Positions 1 through 10,296 of a DNA stretch of 64,000 nt are shown here, in pieces (position 1 is the stretch's first letter; each line of letters opens with the position of its first letter). Both the position numbers and the translations under genes were made by a program. The notes under the pieces were generated by a model. That model searched no databases. It saw only the letters and a list, made by a program, of their open reading frames with translations, and was not told where the DNA came from. The stretch is from an uncultured Rivularia sp. (lineage in GTDB: Bacteria > Cyanobacteriota > Cyanobacteriia > Cyanobacteriales > Nostocaceae), in the NCBI GenBank assembly GCA_963665115.1, contig OY762007.1, positions 4,704,001 to 4,768,000 of the forward strand. Reading direction: 5' to 3'.

Positions 1-426
1 ATCGCTGCGTTTTCTTGCTTCTACTACTTCTTCTAAAGCGGAACGAAAAATTTTAGCATCATAACCTTCTTCATCTAACTCCAACATTACCGCAATGTAA
101 CCTTTCTCGTGTTCGGAATCTTTGAGAGAATTAATGAGAGATTCTCTATAACTAGTACTTGTCGCTGCTTTCACGTCTTTCATAATTTTCCCAATATTCC
201 TTAAAGGAGCAATCGTAAAAAATTTAACCATACCTTCAGATATTTTACCTGCTGCAAGATAACGCTCAAAGTCGTTCCTAATACGAGATAAATCTTCTTG
301 TTCAAATTCTGTTAATGGTTCTAAAGTTAAATAATCGATAAACAAACCATTCGGCTGCTTTTGCAATTTCAACAGACGATGAACGTCATTTAAAAATAAA
401 GCATTGGGTTCTACTATTATTGTCAT
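1..426 (-). CDS. Hypothetical protein running off the window edge; possibly a fusion of two unrelated small-protein fragments
   Basis: Manually translated open frame from ATG at 426 (MTIIVEPNALFLNDVHRLLKLQKQ...) to the window start; in-frame internal ATG at 183 (MKDVKAATSTSYRESLINSLKD...). Confidence 0.55.
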   Translation of the reverse strand, partial: MTIIVEPNALFLNDVHRLLKLQKQPNGLFIDYLTLEPLTEFEQEDLSRIRNDFERYLAAGKISEGMVKFFTIAPLRNIGKIMKDVKAATSTSYRESLINSLKDSEHEKGYIAVMLELDEEGYDAKIFRSALEEVVEARKRSD

Positions 427-696
427 AGCTAATATTTTTAAATCATTATTACTATTACAGCTTAAAGTTGCTTCACGATGCTTTACTAACTTATAAATAA
501 TAAAATTCTCCCCCTCTTCCCCTTCTACCCCCTCTTCCCCTTCTCTTTCTAAATGTATCAATGTGTGTCAGTTAACTTTGTCTTTCGCTAACTCCTTGCT
601 ATCATGCGCCACAGATATGCTTAAGGAAAATCTAAAGTTTCTCGGACATTTATCAGTTAACAATAGACTGTAACTATAACGAATTGAATACACATC

Positions 697-2667
697 ATGG
701 CTGAAGCAAATATAGAATCAATTCTCCAAGAGAAGCGTTTATTTCCCCCCAGTGCGGAATTTTCGCAAAATGCCCACATCAAAAGCGCAGAAGACTATCA
801 GCGTCTCTACGACAAAGCAAAAGCTAACCCCGAAGCCTTCTGGGCTGAACTTGCCGAAAAGGAATTAGACTGGTTTCAAAAGTGGGACACTGTGTTAGAT
901 TGGCAACCACCTTTTGCTAAATGGTTTGTTAACGGTAAGATTAATATTTCTCACAACTGCCTTGACAGACATCTCACTACTGCTAACAAAAATAAAGCCG
1001 CGATTGTTTGGGAAGGTGAACCGGGTGACTCGCGCACCATCACTTATGCACAGTTGCACCGCGAAGTTAGTCAGTTTGCCAATGCACTCAAACAACTTGG
1101 CGTAAAAAAAGGCGACACCGTAGGCATTTATATGCCGATGATTCCCGAAGCGGCGATCGCCATGTTAGCTTGTGCCAGAATCGGCGCTCCGCATAATGTT
1201 GTATTTGGTGGTTTCAGTGCGGAAGCTTTACGAGACAGGCTCAATGATGCCAAAGCGAAGGTGGTAATTACTGCCGATGGTGGCTTTCGTAAGGATTCAA
1301 TTGTCCCTCTCAAGCCCCAAGTTGACAAGGCATTAGAAAATAACGCGGCTCCTTCTGTAGAAAATGTTTTGGTGGTGCAGCGTACCAAGCAAGATGTTGA
1401 AATGCAGTCGGGAAGGGATTATTGGTGGCACGATTTGCTTCATGAAGTTTCTGCTGATTGTCCGGCTGAACCAATGGATGCTGAAGATGTACTGTTTGTT
1501 TTATACACTTCCGGCAGCACGGGCAAACCCAAGGGTGTCGTCCACACAACTGGTGGCTACAACCTTTATAGCCACATGACCACCAAATGGATCTTCGATT
1601 TACAAGATACAGATGTATATTGGTGTACTGCTGACGTAGGTTGGATTACTGGACATAGCTATATCGTTTACGGGCCGCTTTCCAACGGTGCAACCACGGT
1701 AATGTACGAAGGTGCGCCTCGTAAATCGAATCCTGGCTGTTTTTGGGATGTGGTGGAAAAATATGGCGTAACAATATTCTACACCGCACCTACAGCAATT
1801 CGCGCCTTTATCAAAATGGGTGACGAGCATCCCAAAGCACGGGATTTATCATCTTTGCGATTGTTGGGAACTGTGGGAGAACCAATTAATCCGGAAGCTT
1901 GGATGTGGTATCACCTGGTAATCGGTGGCGAAAAATGTCCCATCGTCGATACTTGGTGGCAAACGGAAACTGGTGGAGTGATGATTACACCTTTACCCGG
2001 CGCGATTCCTACCAAACCCGGTTCCGCAACTCGTCCTTTCCCAGGTATCCTTGCAGATATCGTCGATTTAGATGGCAATGCGGTTGAAAATAACGAAGGT
2101 GGATATCTCGTAGTTCGTCATCCGTGGCCCGGTATGATGAGAACAGTATACGGCGATCCGGACCGCTTCCGCCGCACCTATTGGGAACATATAGCGCCCA
2201 AAGACGGTAAATATCTCTACTTTGCTGGCGATGGTGCGAGGAAAGATGAAGATGGTTATTTCTGGGTAATGGGACGGGTAGACGACGTATTGAATATATC
2301 CGGTCATCGCCTGGGTACTATGGAAGTTGAATCCGCCCTTGTTTCCCATCCGTCAGTTGCAGAAGCTGCTGTGGTGGGTAAACCAGATGAAATTAAGGGC
2401 GAAGAAATAGTAGCATTTGTGACCTTAGAAGGCGATCGCGAAGCTAGTGAAGAATTAAACAAAGAACTGAAAAAGCACGTTGTTGGAGAAATCGGTGCGA
2501 TCGCCCGCCCTGGTGAAATTCGTTTTACCGACTCTTTACCCAAAACTCGCTCTGGTAAGATTATGCGGCGATTGTTAAGGAATCTTGCAGCAGGGCAGGA
2601 GGTATCTGGAGATACTTCGACGTTGGAAGATATCAGCGTCTTGGATAAATTGCGAGAAGGAGCATAG
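697..2667 (+). CDS. acs: Acetyl-CoA synthetase
   Basis: [14 protein letters not shown]-binding motif, DTWWQTETG and [12 protein letters not shown]; 656 aa. Confidence 0.97.
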   Translation: MAEANIESILQEKRLFPPSAEFSQNAHIKSAEDYQRLYDKAKANPEAFWAELAEKELDWFQKWDTVLDWQPPFAKWFVNGKINISHNCLDRHLTTANKNKAAIVWEGEPGDSRTITYAQLHREVSQFANALKQLGVKKGDTVGIYMPMIPEAAIAMLACARIGAPHNVVFGGFSAEALRDRLNDAKAKVVITADGGFRKDSIVPLKPQVDKALENNAAPSVENVLVVQRTKQDVEMQSGRDYWWHDLLHEVSADCPAEPMDAEDVLFVLYTSGSTGKPKGVVHTTGGYNLYSHMTTKWIFDLQDTDVYWCTADVGWITGHSYIVYGPLSNGATTVMYEGAPRKSNPGCFWDVVEKYGVTIFYTAPTAIRAFIKMGDEHPKARDLSSLRLLGTVGEPINPEAWMWYHLVIGGEKCPIVDTWWQTETGGVMITPLPGAIPTKPGSATRPFPGILADIVDLDGNAVENNEGGYLVVRHPWPGMMRTVYGDPDRFRRTYWEHIAPKDGKYLYFAGDGARKDEDGYFWVMGRVDDVLNISGHRLGTMEVESALVSHPSVAEAAVVGKPDEIKGEEIVAFVTLEGDREASEELNKELKKHVVGEIGAIARPGEIRFTDSLPKTRSGKIMRRLLRNLAAGQEVSGDTSTLEDISVLDKLREGA

Positions 2668-2674
2668 CAATTTT

Positions 2675-2809
2675 GGCGTTGCTGAATAGAAATATGAAAA
2701 TGTGATTTCACATTGAAAGAGACGTAGCAGTGCGCCCCGTCTCTACAGAGGTTTTATATTTAATACAAAATGTAAGCAAACATAATTCATTACTCAATTC
2801 AGCAACGCC
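2675..2809. mobile_element. MITE-like element with an internal REP hairpin
   Basis: 13-bp terminal inverted repeat GGCGTTGCTGAAT/ATTCAGCAACGCC; GCAATTT direct repeat on both flanks. Confidence 0.6.
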
Positions 2810-2919
2810 GCAATTTAGAATTTAGATTTTAACAACGGATGCTTTTGCTTTAGATTTTGGATTAATTGATTGTGGGGTAGGCATCCTTGCCTGCCTTTAT
2901 TTAATGGCAAAACAAATCA

Positions 2920-3183
2920 ATGAAAGAGGAATTTATTCTTGAAAAGAAAATAGTAAGAGTAATTTTTCATTTAAATAATGGATATACACAAGTAATTTGG
3001 CAAGACTCAGAAAATACAGCATGGGCTGGTACGGGATGGATGTTTGATATTCCCACTCATGTGATACCATTTGATTTACGTATAATTGGCTCTTATTTTT
3101 TCTTGTCTATAAAAAGTTTGATGTTGATAATTTGGAAGATATTGAATATATCCGAAATACTTGTATTGACATTTTTAACATAG
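2920..3183 (+). CDS. Small hypothetical protein; C-terminus possibly frameshifted
   Basis: 87-aa ORF; another frame after the T/A runs near 3095-3115 reads KFDVDNLEDIEYIRN... Confidence 0.4.
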   Translation: MKEEFILEKKIVRVIFHLNNGYTQVIWQDSENTAWAGTGWMFDIPTHVIPFDLRIIGSYFFLSIKSLMLIIWKILNISEILVLTFLT

Positions 3184-3284
3184 AAAGATTTAAATAGATT
3201 TTCCAGCTTCTTCACGCAGAGTTTTTTGGTATCATATATAATTCTTGCGAGAATCGAAGCGATATTACTTGTTGTACTGGGGGA

Positions 3285-3788
3285 TTGATACAGATGGCGA
3301 ATGAATTAGAACAATCAGTAAAAGATATTTTCGTGGCTTTGATGACGGAAGCTCATTCAGATGATGGGGCTATTTTTAACGTTCGATTTTTAGATGATGA
3401 TATATTGCCTCATGTAGATTGTGTTGTGGAGTTACTTGGGCAAAAAGATTATCTTCCTTTTTGTTTCATACAGTTGAAAAGCACAAAAACGGGATATACG
3501 AAAAAAGATAAACGTTTGAAAGTTAAATTTTCTCAAGAATCTATAACTGGTTTATCTTTATATCCCGCACCTACTTATATAGTTGGTATTGATGAGAAAG
3601 AGGAAACTGGTTATCTTGTTTCTGCAAATGGTGACGATTTGAGTTCAATGGCGAGCATTCCTACAGATTTTCCAATCAATCCACCCAACCGAGGAAATCT
3701 TTGGAATGAAGTAAATGACTTTTGGTTCAAATCAAGAAAAATCAAGTTTAATTCAAAGTTCGTTGAGAGTGTGGAAGAGAAGGAATAA
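3285..3788 (+). CDS. DUF4365-like PD-(D/E)xK nuclease-fold protein
   Basis: VDCVVEL...FIQLKST motif resembling DUF4365. Confidence 0.6.
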   Translation: MIQMANELEQSVKDIFVALMTEAHSDDGAIFNVRFLDDDILPHVDCVVELLGQKDYLPFCFIQLKSTKTGYTKKDKRLKVKFSQESITGLSLYPAPTYIVGIDEKEETGYLVSANGDDLSSMASIPTDFPINPPNRGNLWNEVNDFWFKSRKIKFNSKFVESVEEKE

Positions 3789-3838
3789 TTGGCGTAATTG
3801 CTAAGTTTTTACTTCTGTAAGAGAATAGTTGAAACTCT

Positions 3839-3982
3839 TTATAAACTATCGGGGTCAATATTCAATTCCCTAAGTTTATCCGCAAATTTTTGTGCTTTTT
3901 TCTCAGCTTCTTGTCTTGCAACTGATTGCTCTTTAGGATACTTAATTGGTGCAATCGGGTAATATTCTATAATAGTTGTCAC
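3839..3982 (-). pseudogene. 47-aa orphan C-terminal tail of a Uma2-type protein
   Basis: GTG start with GAGGA upstream; ends QEAEKKAQKFADKLRELNIDPDSL, like the tail of the Uma2 gene at 26969. Confidence 0.5.
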
Positions 3983-4212
3983 AGATAATTCCTCAAATTT
4001 GCTCTTATTTAACCGATCTCTTTTACCTAAAAAGTAAATAGTTATGAAATTAGAACCGAAAATTATCAGATACTATAACAATTATACTTATTGATAATTT
4101 TAATAGACTTATACTGCCAAACTGAAGATTTATTTATAAGTAGATGAATTATTTTTTAATTTTGATTTACTTAGAAGCATTACAATATTAGATATATGTT
4201 CTACTTCCAGCT

Positions 4213-4965
4213 ATGACTACTCTGTCATCACTCACTTTACCAGACCATACTCAATTACCTGAATCCGATGGAAGTTTTGTGAAAAATTGGCAAGAACACC
4301 CTCAAAGCATCTTACTTACCGATTCAATTGAGCCAATTTTAGAACAATTACATCCTAACAGTAACTTTTGTATCGGACAAGATTTAGGTATTTATTGGCG
4401 CTTAACTGAACCACCAGAAAAAGGTGCAGAAGCTCCAGATTGGTTTTACGTACCTAATGTACGGCCGACTCTTGATGGCAAAACGCGACGTTCTTATGTA
4501 TTGTGGAAAGAATATGTTGCGCCGTTAATTGTAATTGAATTTGTGTCGGGAGACGTTAGCGAGGAACGAGATAAAACCCCACCATCTCAAGGAGAAAAAG
4601 TAGGTAAATTTTGGGTTTACGAGCAAGCAATTCGAGTTCCTTATTATGCAATTTATGAAGTTGTAAAAGAACAAGTTGAAGTCTATCATTTAGTAGATAA
4701 TACTTATCAAATACTCGCACCCAACGAACGAGGACATTATCCGATTACACCAATGGGTGTAGAATTAGGAATTTGGTCGGGTTTATATCAAAATGCCGAA
4801 TTACCTTGGTTGCGCTGGTGGGATGCGGAAGGTAATTTATTATTAACAGGTGATGAAAGAGCAAAAATTGAACGAGACAAACGAGAAAGACTTGTAGATA
4901 AACTCCGTAATCTTTCTCCCCAACAGCTTCAAGATTTAGGGATTGATGCAGAAATGTTGGAATAA
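4213..4965 (+). CDS. Uma2 family (DUF820) endonuclease-fold protein
   Basis: LPESDG, APDWFYVP, PLIVIEFVS and WLRWWD motifs. Confidence 0.9.
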   Translation: MTTLSSLTLPDHTQLPESDGSFVKNWQEHPQSILLTDSIEPILEQLHPNSNFCIGQDLGIYWRLTEPPEKGAEAPDWFYVPNVRPTLDGKTRRSYVLWKEYVAPLIVIEFVSGDVSEERDKTPPSQGEKVGKFWVYEQAIRVPYYAIYEVVKEQVEVYHLVDNTYQILAPNERGHYPITPMGVELGIWSGLYQNAELPWLRWWDAEGNLLLTGDERAKIERDKRERLVDKLRNLSPQQLQDLGIDAEMLE

Positions 4966-5079
4966 GAGTTAGGAATTAGCAGTTATTTAATTAAACTTTG
5001 ATAACTGCTTACTGGTTACTGTAAACTTTGCCACATCTTCGAGAGGGGCTATCTTCCCCAAAAGTCAAAATTATAGTAA

Positions 5080-5592
5080 TTAGCAGCCACCATAATAATT
5101 GCAATAGCAGGAATCGATGTGGGTATTTAAATGGATTAAGGTAGCCCAGGCATTCGGACCAACTATACCGTCGGCAAGCAAAGAATAATCATTTTGAAAA
5201 GCTTTAACAGCTATCTCCATACTGCTATCAAAACGTCCATTTATTGCACCATGATAAAAGCTGTAATCTTTCAGAGTTTGCTGTAATAACTTAACTGTAT
5301 TTCCCGTACTATTTTGTCCTAAAACAGGCAAGCTTTTCACCCCATCACAGATAAAGTTCCAAGTAGCTGCATCTGTAATTCCTGTTGTATCTAAGAAAGC
5401 CAAACATTGAAGATATTTAACCGCAAGTTCAGTTTGCGAACCATAAATACCATCAACATCTATTTGAAAAGCAGAAGTATAAATAGATGCAAATCTTTGT
5501 TGCAAGCGTTTTTGCATCTCCTTCACATCTTGCCCGCGATCGCCAATTCTCAAAGTAGGTTTAAAAGTAGGACAATCAACTGCATTAGTCAT
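5080..5592 (-). CDS. Peptidoglycan-binding domain protein
   Basis: Two PG_binding_1-like repeats (VDGIYGSQTELAVK; FQ...LLADGIVGPNAW). Confidence 0.85.
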   Translation of the reverse strand: MTNAVDCPTFKPTLRIGDRGQDVKEMQKRLQQRFASIYTSAFQIDVDGIYGSQTELAVKYLQCLAFLDTTGITDAATWNFICDGVKSLPVLGQNSTGNTVKLLQQTLKDYSFYHGAINGRFDSSMEIAVKAFQNDYSLLADGIVGPNAWATLIHLNTHIDSCYCNYYGGC

Positions 5593-5815
5593 AAATTAAT
5601 TTCTCTATATTGAAAGTTTATTACGTTATTTAACTTCCATTACTACATCTAGTATTCCGAATAAAAATAAGTACCCTTGGGGGTGATATTTTTTAGATAA
5701 AGAGAAAAATAAAAAACGAGGTAAATCTAGAATATTCTAGAACTACCCCGCTTTATATTAGTTATTAGTTAAAGAAGACGTAGCATTACTACGTCTCTAC
5801 AATTCCTAACTTAAA

Positions 5816-7663
5816 TTAAGCAAACGCTGCTGTTTTCACATCATTGCTTGCTAATAAGTCTTGCAATTCTTCAGCGTCTACGGTTTCTTTATCAATTAAC
5901 ATTTCTGCTAATTTATCAAGAATTTGACGGTTGTCTTGTAATACTTGTTTAGCGCGGTTGTAAGCAACGTCAACTAAATCGCGGACTTCAGTATCAATGG
6001 TAGCTGCGGTTTCTTCGGAGAAGTCGCGTTCTGACATGATGTCACGACCAAGGAACATATTACCTTGCTGACGACCGAGCGCAACTGGCCCAAGGTTATC
6101 GCTCATACCGAAGCGAGTTACCATTTGACGAGCTACATTGGCTACTTGCTGTAAGTCATTGGAAGCACCAGTGGTAACTTCTTCTTGACCGTAAATTAAT
6201 TCTTCAGAAATACGTCCACCCAAAGCTACAGCCATCTGGTTTTCCAGATAAGAGCGACTGTACAAACCACTGTCCATGCGGTCTTCGCTAGGAGTAAACC
6301 AGGTTAAACCACCGGCACGTCCGCGAGGAATAATGCTGATTTTTTGTACTGGATCGTAATCGGGCATTAAAGCACCAACTAAAGCGTGACCAGCTTCGTG
6401 GTATGCTACCAATTCTTTGCGTTTTTCGCTCATTACCCGGTCTTTCTTTTCGGGACCAGCTAATACGCGGTCGATCGCATCGTTGATTTCGTCCATCGAA
6501 ATCTCTGTCAAGTTGCGTCGTGCTGCTAAAATCGCGGCTTCGTTCAGCAGGTTGGATAAATCCGCACCTGTAAAACCAGGAGTACGACGAGCAATTCTAT
6601 CTAAGTCAACATCTTTTCCTAAAGTCTTACCGCGAGCGTGAACTTTAAGAATTTCCACTCTTCCTGCGTAATCTGGACGGTCAACTACTACCTGACGGTC
6701 AAAACGTCCGGGACGTAATAATGCTGCATCGAGTACGTCTGGACGGTTTGTAGCAGCAATAATGATGATTCCGGTGTTACCTTCAAAACCATCCATTTCG
6801 GTAAGTAACTGGTTAAGGGTTTGTTCCCTTTCGTCGTTACCACCACCTAAACCTGCACCACGCTGACGACCTACCGCGTCAATTTCATCGATAAATACGA
6901 TACAAGGAGCATTGGCTTTAGCTTGCTCGAATAAATCGCGAACGCGGGAAGCACCCACACCCACAAACATTTCTACGAATTCAGAACCGGAGATGGAGAA
7001 GAAAGGAACTCCAGCTTCACCAGCTACCGCACGAGCCAACAAGGTTTTACCTGTTCCGGGAGGCCCTACTAAAAGTACACCTTTAGGAATTTTCGCACCA
7101 ACAGCAGTAAAGCGATCGGCGTTTTTCAGAAAGTCTACGACTTCGTTTAACTCAAGCTTGGCTTGATCGATGCCAGCAACATCACCGAATGTTACCTGGG
7201 TTTGCGGTTCCATTTGCACTCTGGCTTTTGACTTCCCAAAGTTCATGGCTTGGCTGCCGGGGCCGCTTTGAGCGCGACGTAGCAAAAAGAACAAACCAAC
7301 TAAAAGTAATATAGGGAAAAATAGACTGCTGAGTGCCTTAAACCAAAAACCTTCATCGGTTTGAGGCATTACAGAAATATCAACGTTGTTTTTGGTAAGA
7401 GTATTAATTAAATCCGGATCGTTTACCAAAGTGACATCTTTTTTATTCTCTTCGTTAGTCGTAGTTACCCTAGCAATAGAGCGATCCGAACTCAAACTAA
7501 CTTTTTGTACTTCGCCTTTTTCAACTTTTTGGATAAACTCACTGTAGCGCCATGTTTCGCGATTTTGCGCTTGACTGTTATCAAATAATGCTGTTCCTAA
7601 AGCGATAACAACAATAAAAAGCAGCGCATACAGCCCCGCGTTTCTCCATCTTTTATTATTCAC
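5816..7663 (-). CDS. ftsH: ATP-dependent zinc metalloprotease FtsH (FtsH3-like)
   Basis: GPPGTGKT Walker A, HEAGH zinc motif, two TM helices; GTG at 7663 has AGGAGG upstream. Confidence 0.97.
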   Translation of the reverse strand: MNNKRWRNAGLYALLFIVVIALGTALFDNSQAQNRETWRYSEFIQKVEKGEVQKVSLSSDRSIARVTTTNEENKKDVTLVNDPDLINTLTKNNVDISVMPQTDEGFWFKALSSLFFPILLLVGLFFLLRRAQSGPGSQAMNFGKSKARVQMEPQTQVTFGDVAGIDQAKLELNEVVDFLKNADRFTAVGAKIPKGVLLVGPPGTGKTLLARAVAGEAGVPFFSISGSEFVEMFVGVGASRVRDLFEQAKANAPCIVFIDEIDAVGRQRGAGLGGGNDEREQTLNQLLTEMDGFEGNTGIIIIAATNRPDVLDAALLRPGRFDRQVVVDRPDYAGRVEILKVHARGKTLGKDVDLDRIARRTPGFTGADLSNLLNEAAILAARRNLTEISMDEINDAIDRVLAGPEKKDRVMSEKRKELVAYHEAGHALVGALMPDYDPVQKISIIPRGRAGGLTWFTPSEDRMDSGLYSRSYLENQMAVALGGRISEELIYGQEEVTTGASNDLQQVANVARQMVTRFGMSDNLGPVALGRQQGNMFLGRDIMSERDFSEETAATIDTEVRDLVDVAYNRAKQVLQDNRQILDKLAEMLIDKETVDAEELQDLLASNDVKTAAFA

Positions 7664-7766
7664 CGAGGTCAATCCTCCTGTTGGTTTTCGTGTCGCGTCT
7701 CTAAAAGAGATTGAAATTTTAAGAATTATGTTAACTTATCTTAACGTATACCAGAATGCGTACACA

Positions 7767-8558
7767 TCATGCTAGTAAATATCTTCGTAATTCCTTAAAA
7801 CTATGGTGGCTAGGATCGTATTGTAGCTTCAGCACGGGGTGTATGACTTGATGTATTGGTAGTATTTCCACTACACAATTAGTGCAGGCTAGCGCTGCAA
7901 ATCCTTGAACTAATTCTGGGGTAAAGGGTTCTTCTTCAACTTGAGATTGATTACTTCGCAACATATTTATAATTTTTTCTCTCATAATTCCTGGTAAGAT
8001 TCCCGTACTTAATGGGGGAGTAAACCAACAGCGATCGCGCCATCCCCAAAGATTACCAGTAGTCGTTTCTAACCAATTTTGGGCAATGTCAGTTAATATC
8101 GCTTCTTGGGTATCTTGTTTTAAAGCATTTTTTTTCGCCAACCAAGGAGCTAAATAATTTCCCGTTTTGTAAAAAGGTAAACTGCGGTATTGTTCTGTTT
8201 CGGCAATAGTTACGCTAATTCCATTTTTTTGCTTTCTTGTCAAATCATCGGGTATTAACCTACCAATTATCCACTCCCTGCCATCGGGGAACAGGGTAAT
8301 TCTCAGAATCGGATAACTATTTATGAGAATTTCTGCACCACGACGGATATTTTGCCATGATGGTTGTTGAAAATTAAGGTTTTCTACAGAAGAAAGCAAC
8401 CGTTGTTGATGAGCTTCCCAGTGAGTTAAACGGCTATCGAGGGAGTTATCGTAAATCCGCAGAGTTGTAAAAATTGTTGCACCAAATAATAATCCCGGTT
8501 CGTTAATTGGTAATTGGATAGTTTCAGATTCAATTAATTCGCCATCGTACCAATACAT
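7767..8558 (-). CDS. Class IV aminotransferase (aminodeoxychorismate lyase-like)
   Basis: GLLFGATIFTTLR, KTGNY, ETTTGNLW and GILPGIMR motifs. Confidence 0.85.
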   Translation of the reverse strand: MYWYDGELIESETIQLPINEPGLLFGATIFTTLRIYDNSLDSRLTHWEAHQQRLLSSVENLNFQQPSWQNIRRGAEILINSYPILRITLFPDGREWIIGRLIPDDLTRKQKNGISVTIAETEQYRSLPFYKTGNYLAPWLAKKNALKQDTQEAILTDIAQNWLETTTGNLWGWRDRCWFTPPLSTGILPGIMREKIINMLRSNQSQVEEEPFTPELVQGFAALACTNCVVEILPIHQVIHPVLKLQYDPSHHSFKELRRYLLA

Positions 8559-8601
8559 ATTTAGTTGATAGTTGTTAGTTGATAGTTGATAGTTATGATC
8601 T

Positions 8602-9159
8602 TTAACTTTTAACCTTATTCTGATTCATATACTTATAAATAGCGGCAATATTCCGAGCATCATCAATACCGCGATGGTGGGTACCTTGTAACTGTAATCC
8701 TAAATAATTTAAAGCCTTTGTCATCCCGAAGCTTTTTTTAGGATTTCCAAAATATATAGAAAATTCCTTTTTGATATTTCGATGTTCCGCACCAAAAGGA
8801 TAAGCTAAATTATGAAATTTACAATCTTGAATAAATTGTGTTTTATCGTAATTTCCCCAAGAACAAAAAGTATTTTTAGGATACGAATCAATCCATTGTT
8901 TAAACAGAGGAATCACATCTGTAAAACTTGCTGCTGTATCAACATCTTGCTGAGTAATAGTCGTTAATTCGGTGCAAAAATTAGTTAATATTGGATGTCT
9001 TACTGGTTTGATAAACTGCTGATACTCTGAATCAATTTTCCAAGTAGAACGATTCAACATTACCGCACCAATTTCAATGATTTCCATTTCCTCGCGGAAA
9101 ATACTACCATCATCACAACAGGTTGCTTCTAAATCTACAATCAAAAAATAGCTGGACAT
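8602..9159 (-). CDS. DEDDh 3'-5' exonuclease (ERI-1/KapD-like)
   Basis: VDLEAT, EIIEIGAV and HRGIDDARN motifs. Confidence 0.9.
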   Translation of the reverse strand: MSSYFLIVDLEATCCDDGSIFREEMEIIEIGAVMLNRSTWKIDSEYQQFIKPVRHPILTNFCTELTTITQQDVDTAASFTDVIPLFKQWIDSYPKNTFCSWGNYDKTQFIQDCKFHNLAYPFGAEHRNIKKEFSIYFGNPKKSFGMTKALNYLGLQLQGTHHRGIDDARNIAAIYKYMNQNKVKS

Positions 9160-9162
9160 TTA

Positions 9163-9340
9163 ACAGTTATCAATTATCAATTATCAATTATCAATTATCA
9201 GTTAACAATTATCTACTCACTACTCCCTACTCCCTACTCCCTACTTACTACTCCCTACTCCCTACTTCCTACTCCCTACTCCCTACTTCCTACTTCCTAC
9301 TCCCTACTCCCTACTTACTACTCCCTACTCCCTACTCCCT
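9163..9340. repeat. Short tandem heptamer repeats (TATCAAT)n and (CCCTACT)n
   Basis: Directly visible tandem 7-mers of the STRR type. Confidence 0.9.
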
Positions 9341-9795
9341 TGAAAAGCTTTAACCCAGCCAAATTTGATGGCGCGATCGAGAATTAAAGCTGCCATAGCA
9401 AACCCCAGAATACTTTCTGATGTAAGTACTATTAAAGGAAAAATTGAGGTAGAAAAATTTAGTCCGATATCTACTTGAGCTAAACCGCGTACTAATCCAA
9501 AAGCAAATACGCCTCCTTCTTTCAAATGAGGATTTTTATCTTCACGGATAATGTAGCGATAGGTAGCACCAAATAGAAAACCAGAAAAACCGGCAATTAT
9601 AGCGCTTATCAACAATTGCCAATTAAGCGTAATTATACTGTCACTATATAGTTCTATAAAATACTCTTTCAATAGAAATTGATTAAAAATAGAACTCGGA
9701 ATAAATACCAAAGAAAACGATACGGCAGATACAATCCCAGCCTTGAGGGATTCCAAACGCTCCGCCATTAAATTCGGGTTATAAGTTTCTTTCAT
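9325..9795 (-). CDS. Cyanobacterial membrane protein of unknown function
   Basis: Several hydrophobic helices; YRYIIREDKNPHLKEG motif. Confidence 0.75.
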   Translation of the reverse strand: MKETYNPNLMAERLESLKAGIVSAVSFSLVFIPSSIFNQFLLKEYFIELYSDSIITLNWQLLISAIIAGFSGFLFGATYRYIIREDKNPHLKEGGVFAFGLVRGLAQVDIGLNFSTSIFPLIVLTSESILGFAMAALILDRAIKFGWVKAFQGSRE

Positions 9796-9912
9796 TACAA
9801 TGCCCCATACCTAATGCCCCATCCCCCAAGCCCTATTTCCTATTCCAACTAGTAACTGATGATTGTATGATAAATATGGAGTTGTTAAGACAGGAAGTTT
9901 AAAAGTAGTATC

Positions 9913-10002
9913 ATGGCGATTTTGACTTTAGGCTGGGTTTCTCTATTGGTAGTTTTTACTTGGTCGATTTCGATGGTAGTTTGGGGTCGTAACGGGCTAT
10001 AA
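9913..10002 (+). CDS. petN: Cytochrome b6f complex subunit PetN
   Basis: Manual translation [29 protein letters not shown]. Confidence 0.95.
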   Translation: MAILTLGWVSLLVVFTWSISMVVWGRNGL

Positions 10003-10009
10003 AATTATC

Positions 10010-10171
10010 GTGGAAGGTCCTTTTCTCAACATTTTGGCAATATCTGCCTTAGTATTACTCGTAGCTGTTACAGGTGGCGTAATTTATTTGACTTTGATGG
10101 AATGGCGCGATCGCCGTCTTCGAGAACAAGAAAAACGCGAAATGCGCCGCAGTACAACGAAACAGCGATAA
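10010..10171 (+). CDS. 53-aa single-TM small protein downstream of petN
   Basis: GTG start; VEGPFLNILAISALVLLVAVTGGVIYLTLMEWRDRRLREQEKR... Confidence 0.7.
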   Translation: MEGPFLNILAISALVLLVAVTGGVIYLTLMEWRDRRLREQEKREMRRSTTKQR

Positions 10172-10296
10172 TTTCACAGGTAATAGACGCTATCCTCCGA
10201 AAATCCCTCATATCAGAATGTAGAGACGTAGCATCGCTACGTCTTCTAAATTTTAGATTAAAACAGTCACAAGTTAATTTTTCTCCCCATCCCCCA

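Noticed and set aside
895..2711. Short antisense or out-of-frame ORFs inside acs, and similar ones inside ftsH, pntA, mnmE, cas6 and cas1
   Set aside because: They overlap well-supported conserved genes and show no motifs.
9123..9353. 76-aa ORF rich in LLPTPYS
   Set aside because: Read-through of heptamer tandem repeats.
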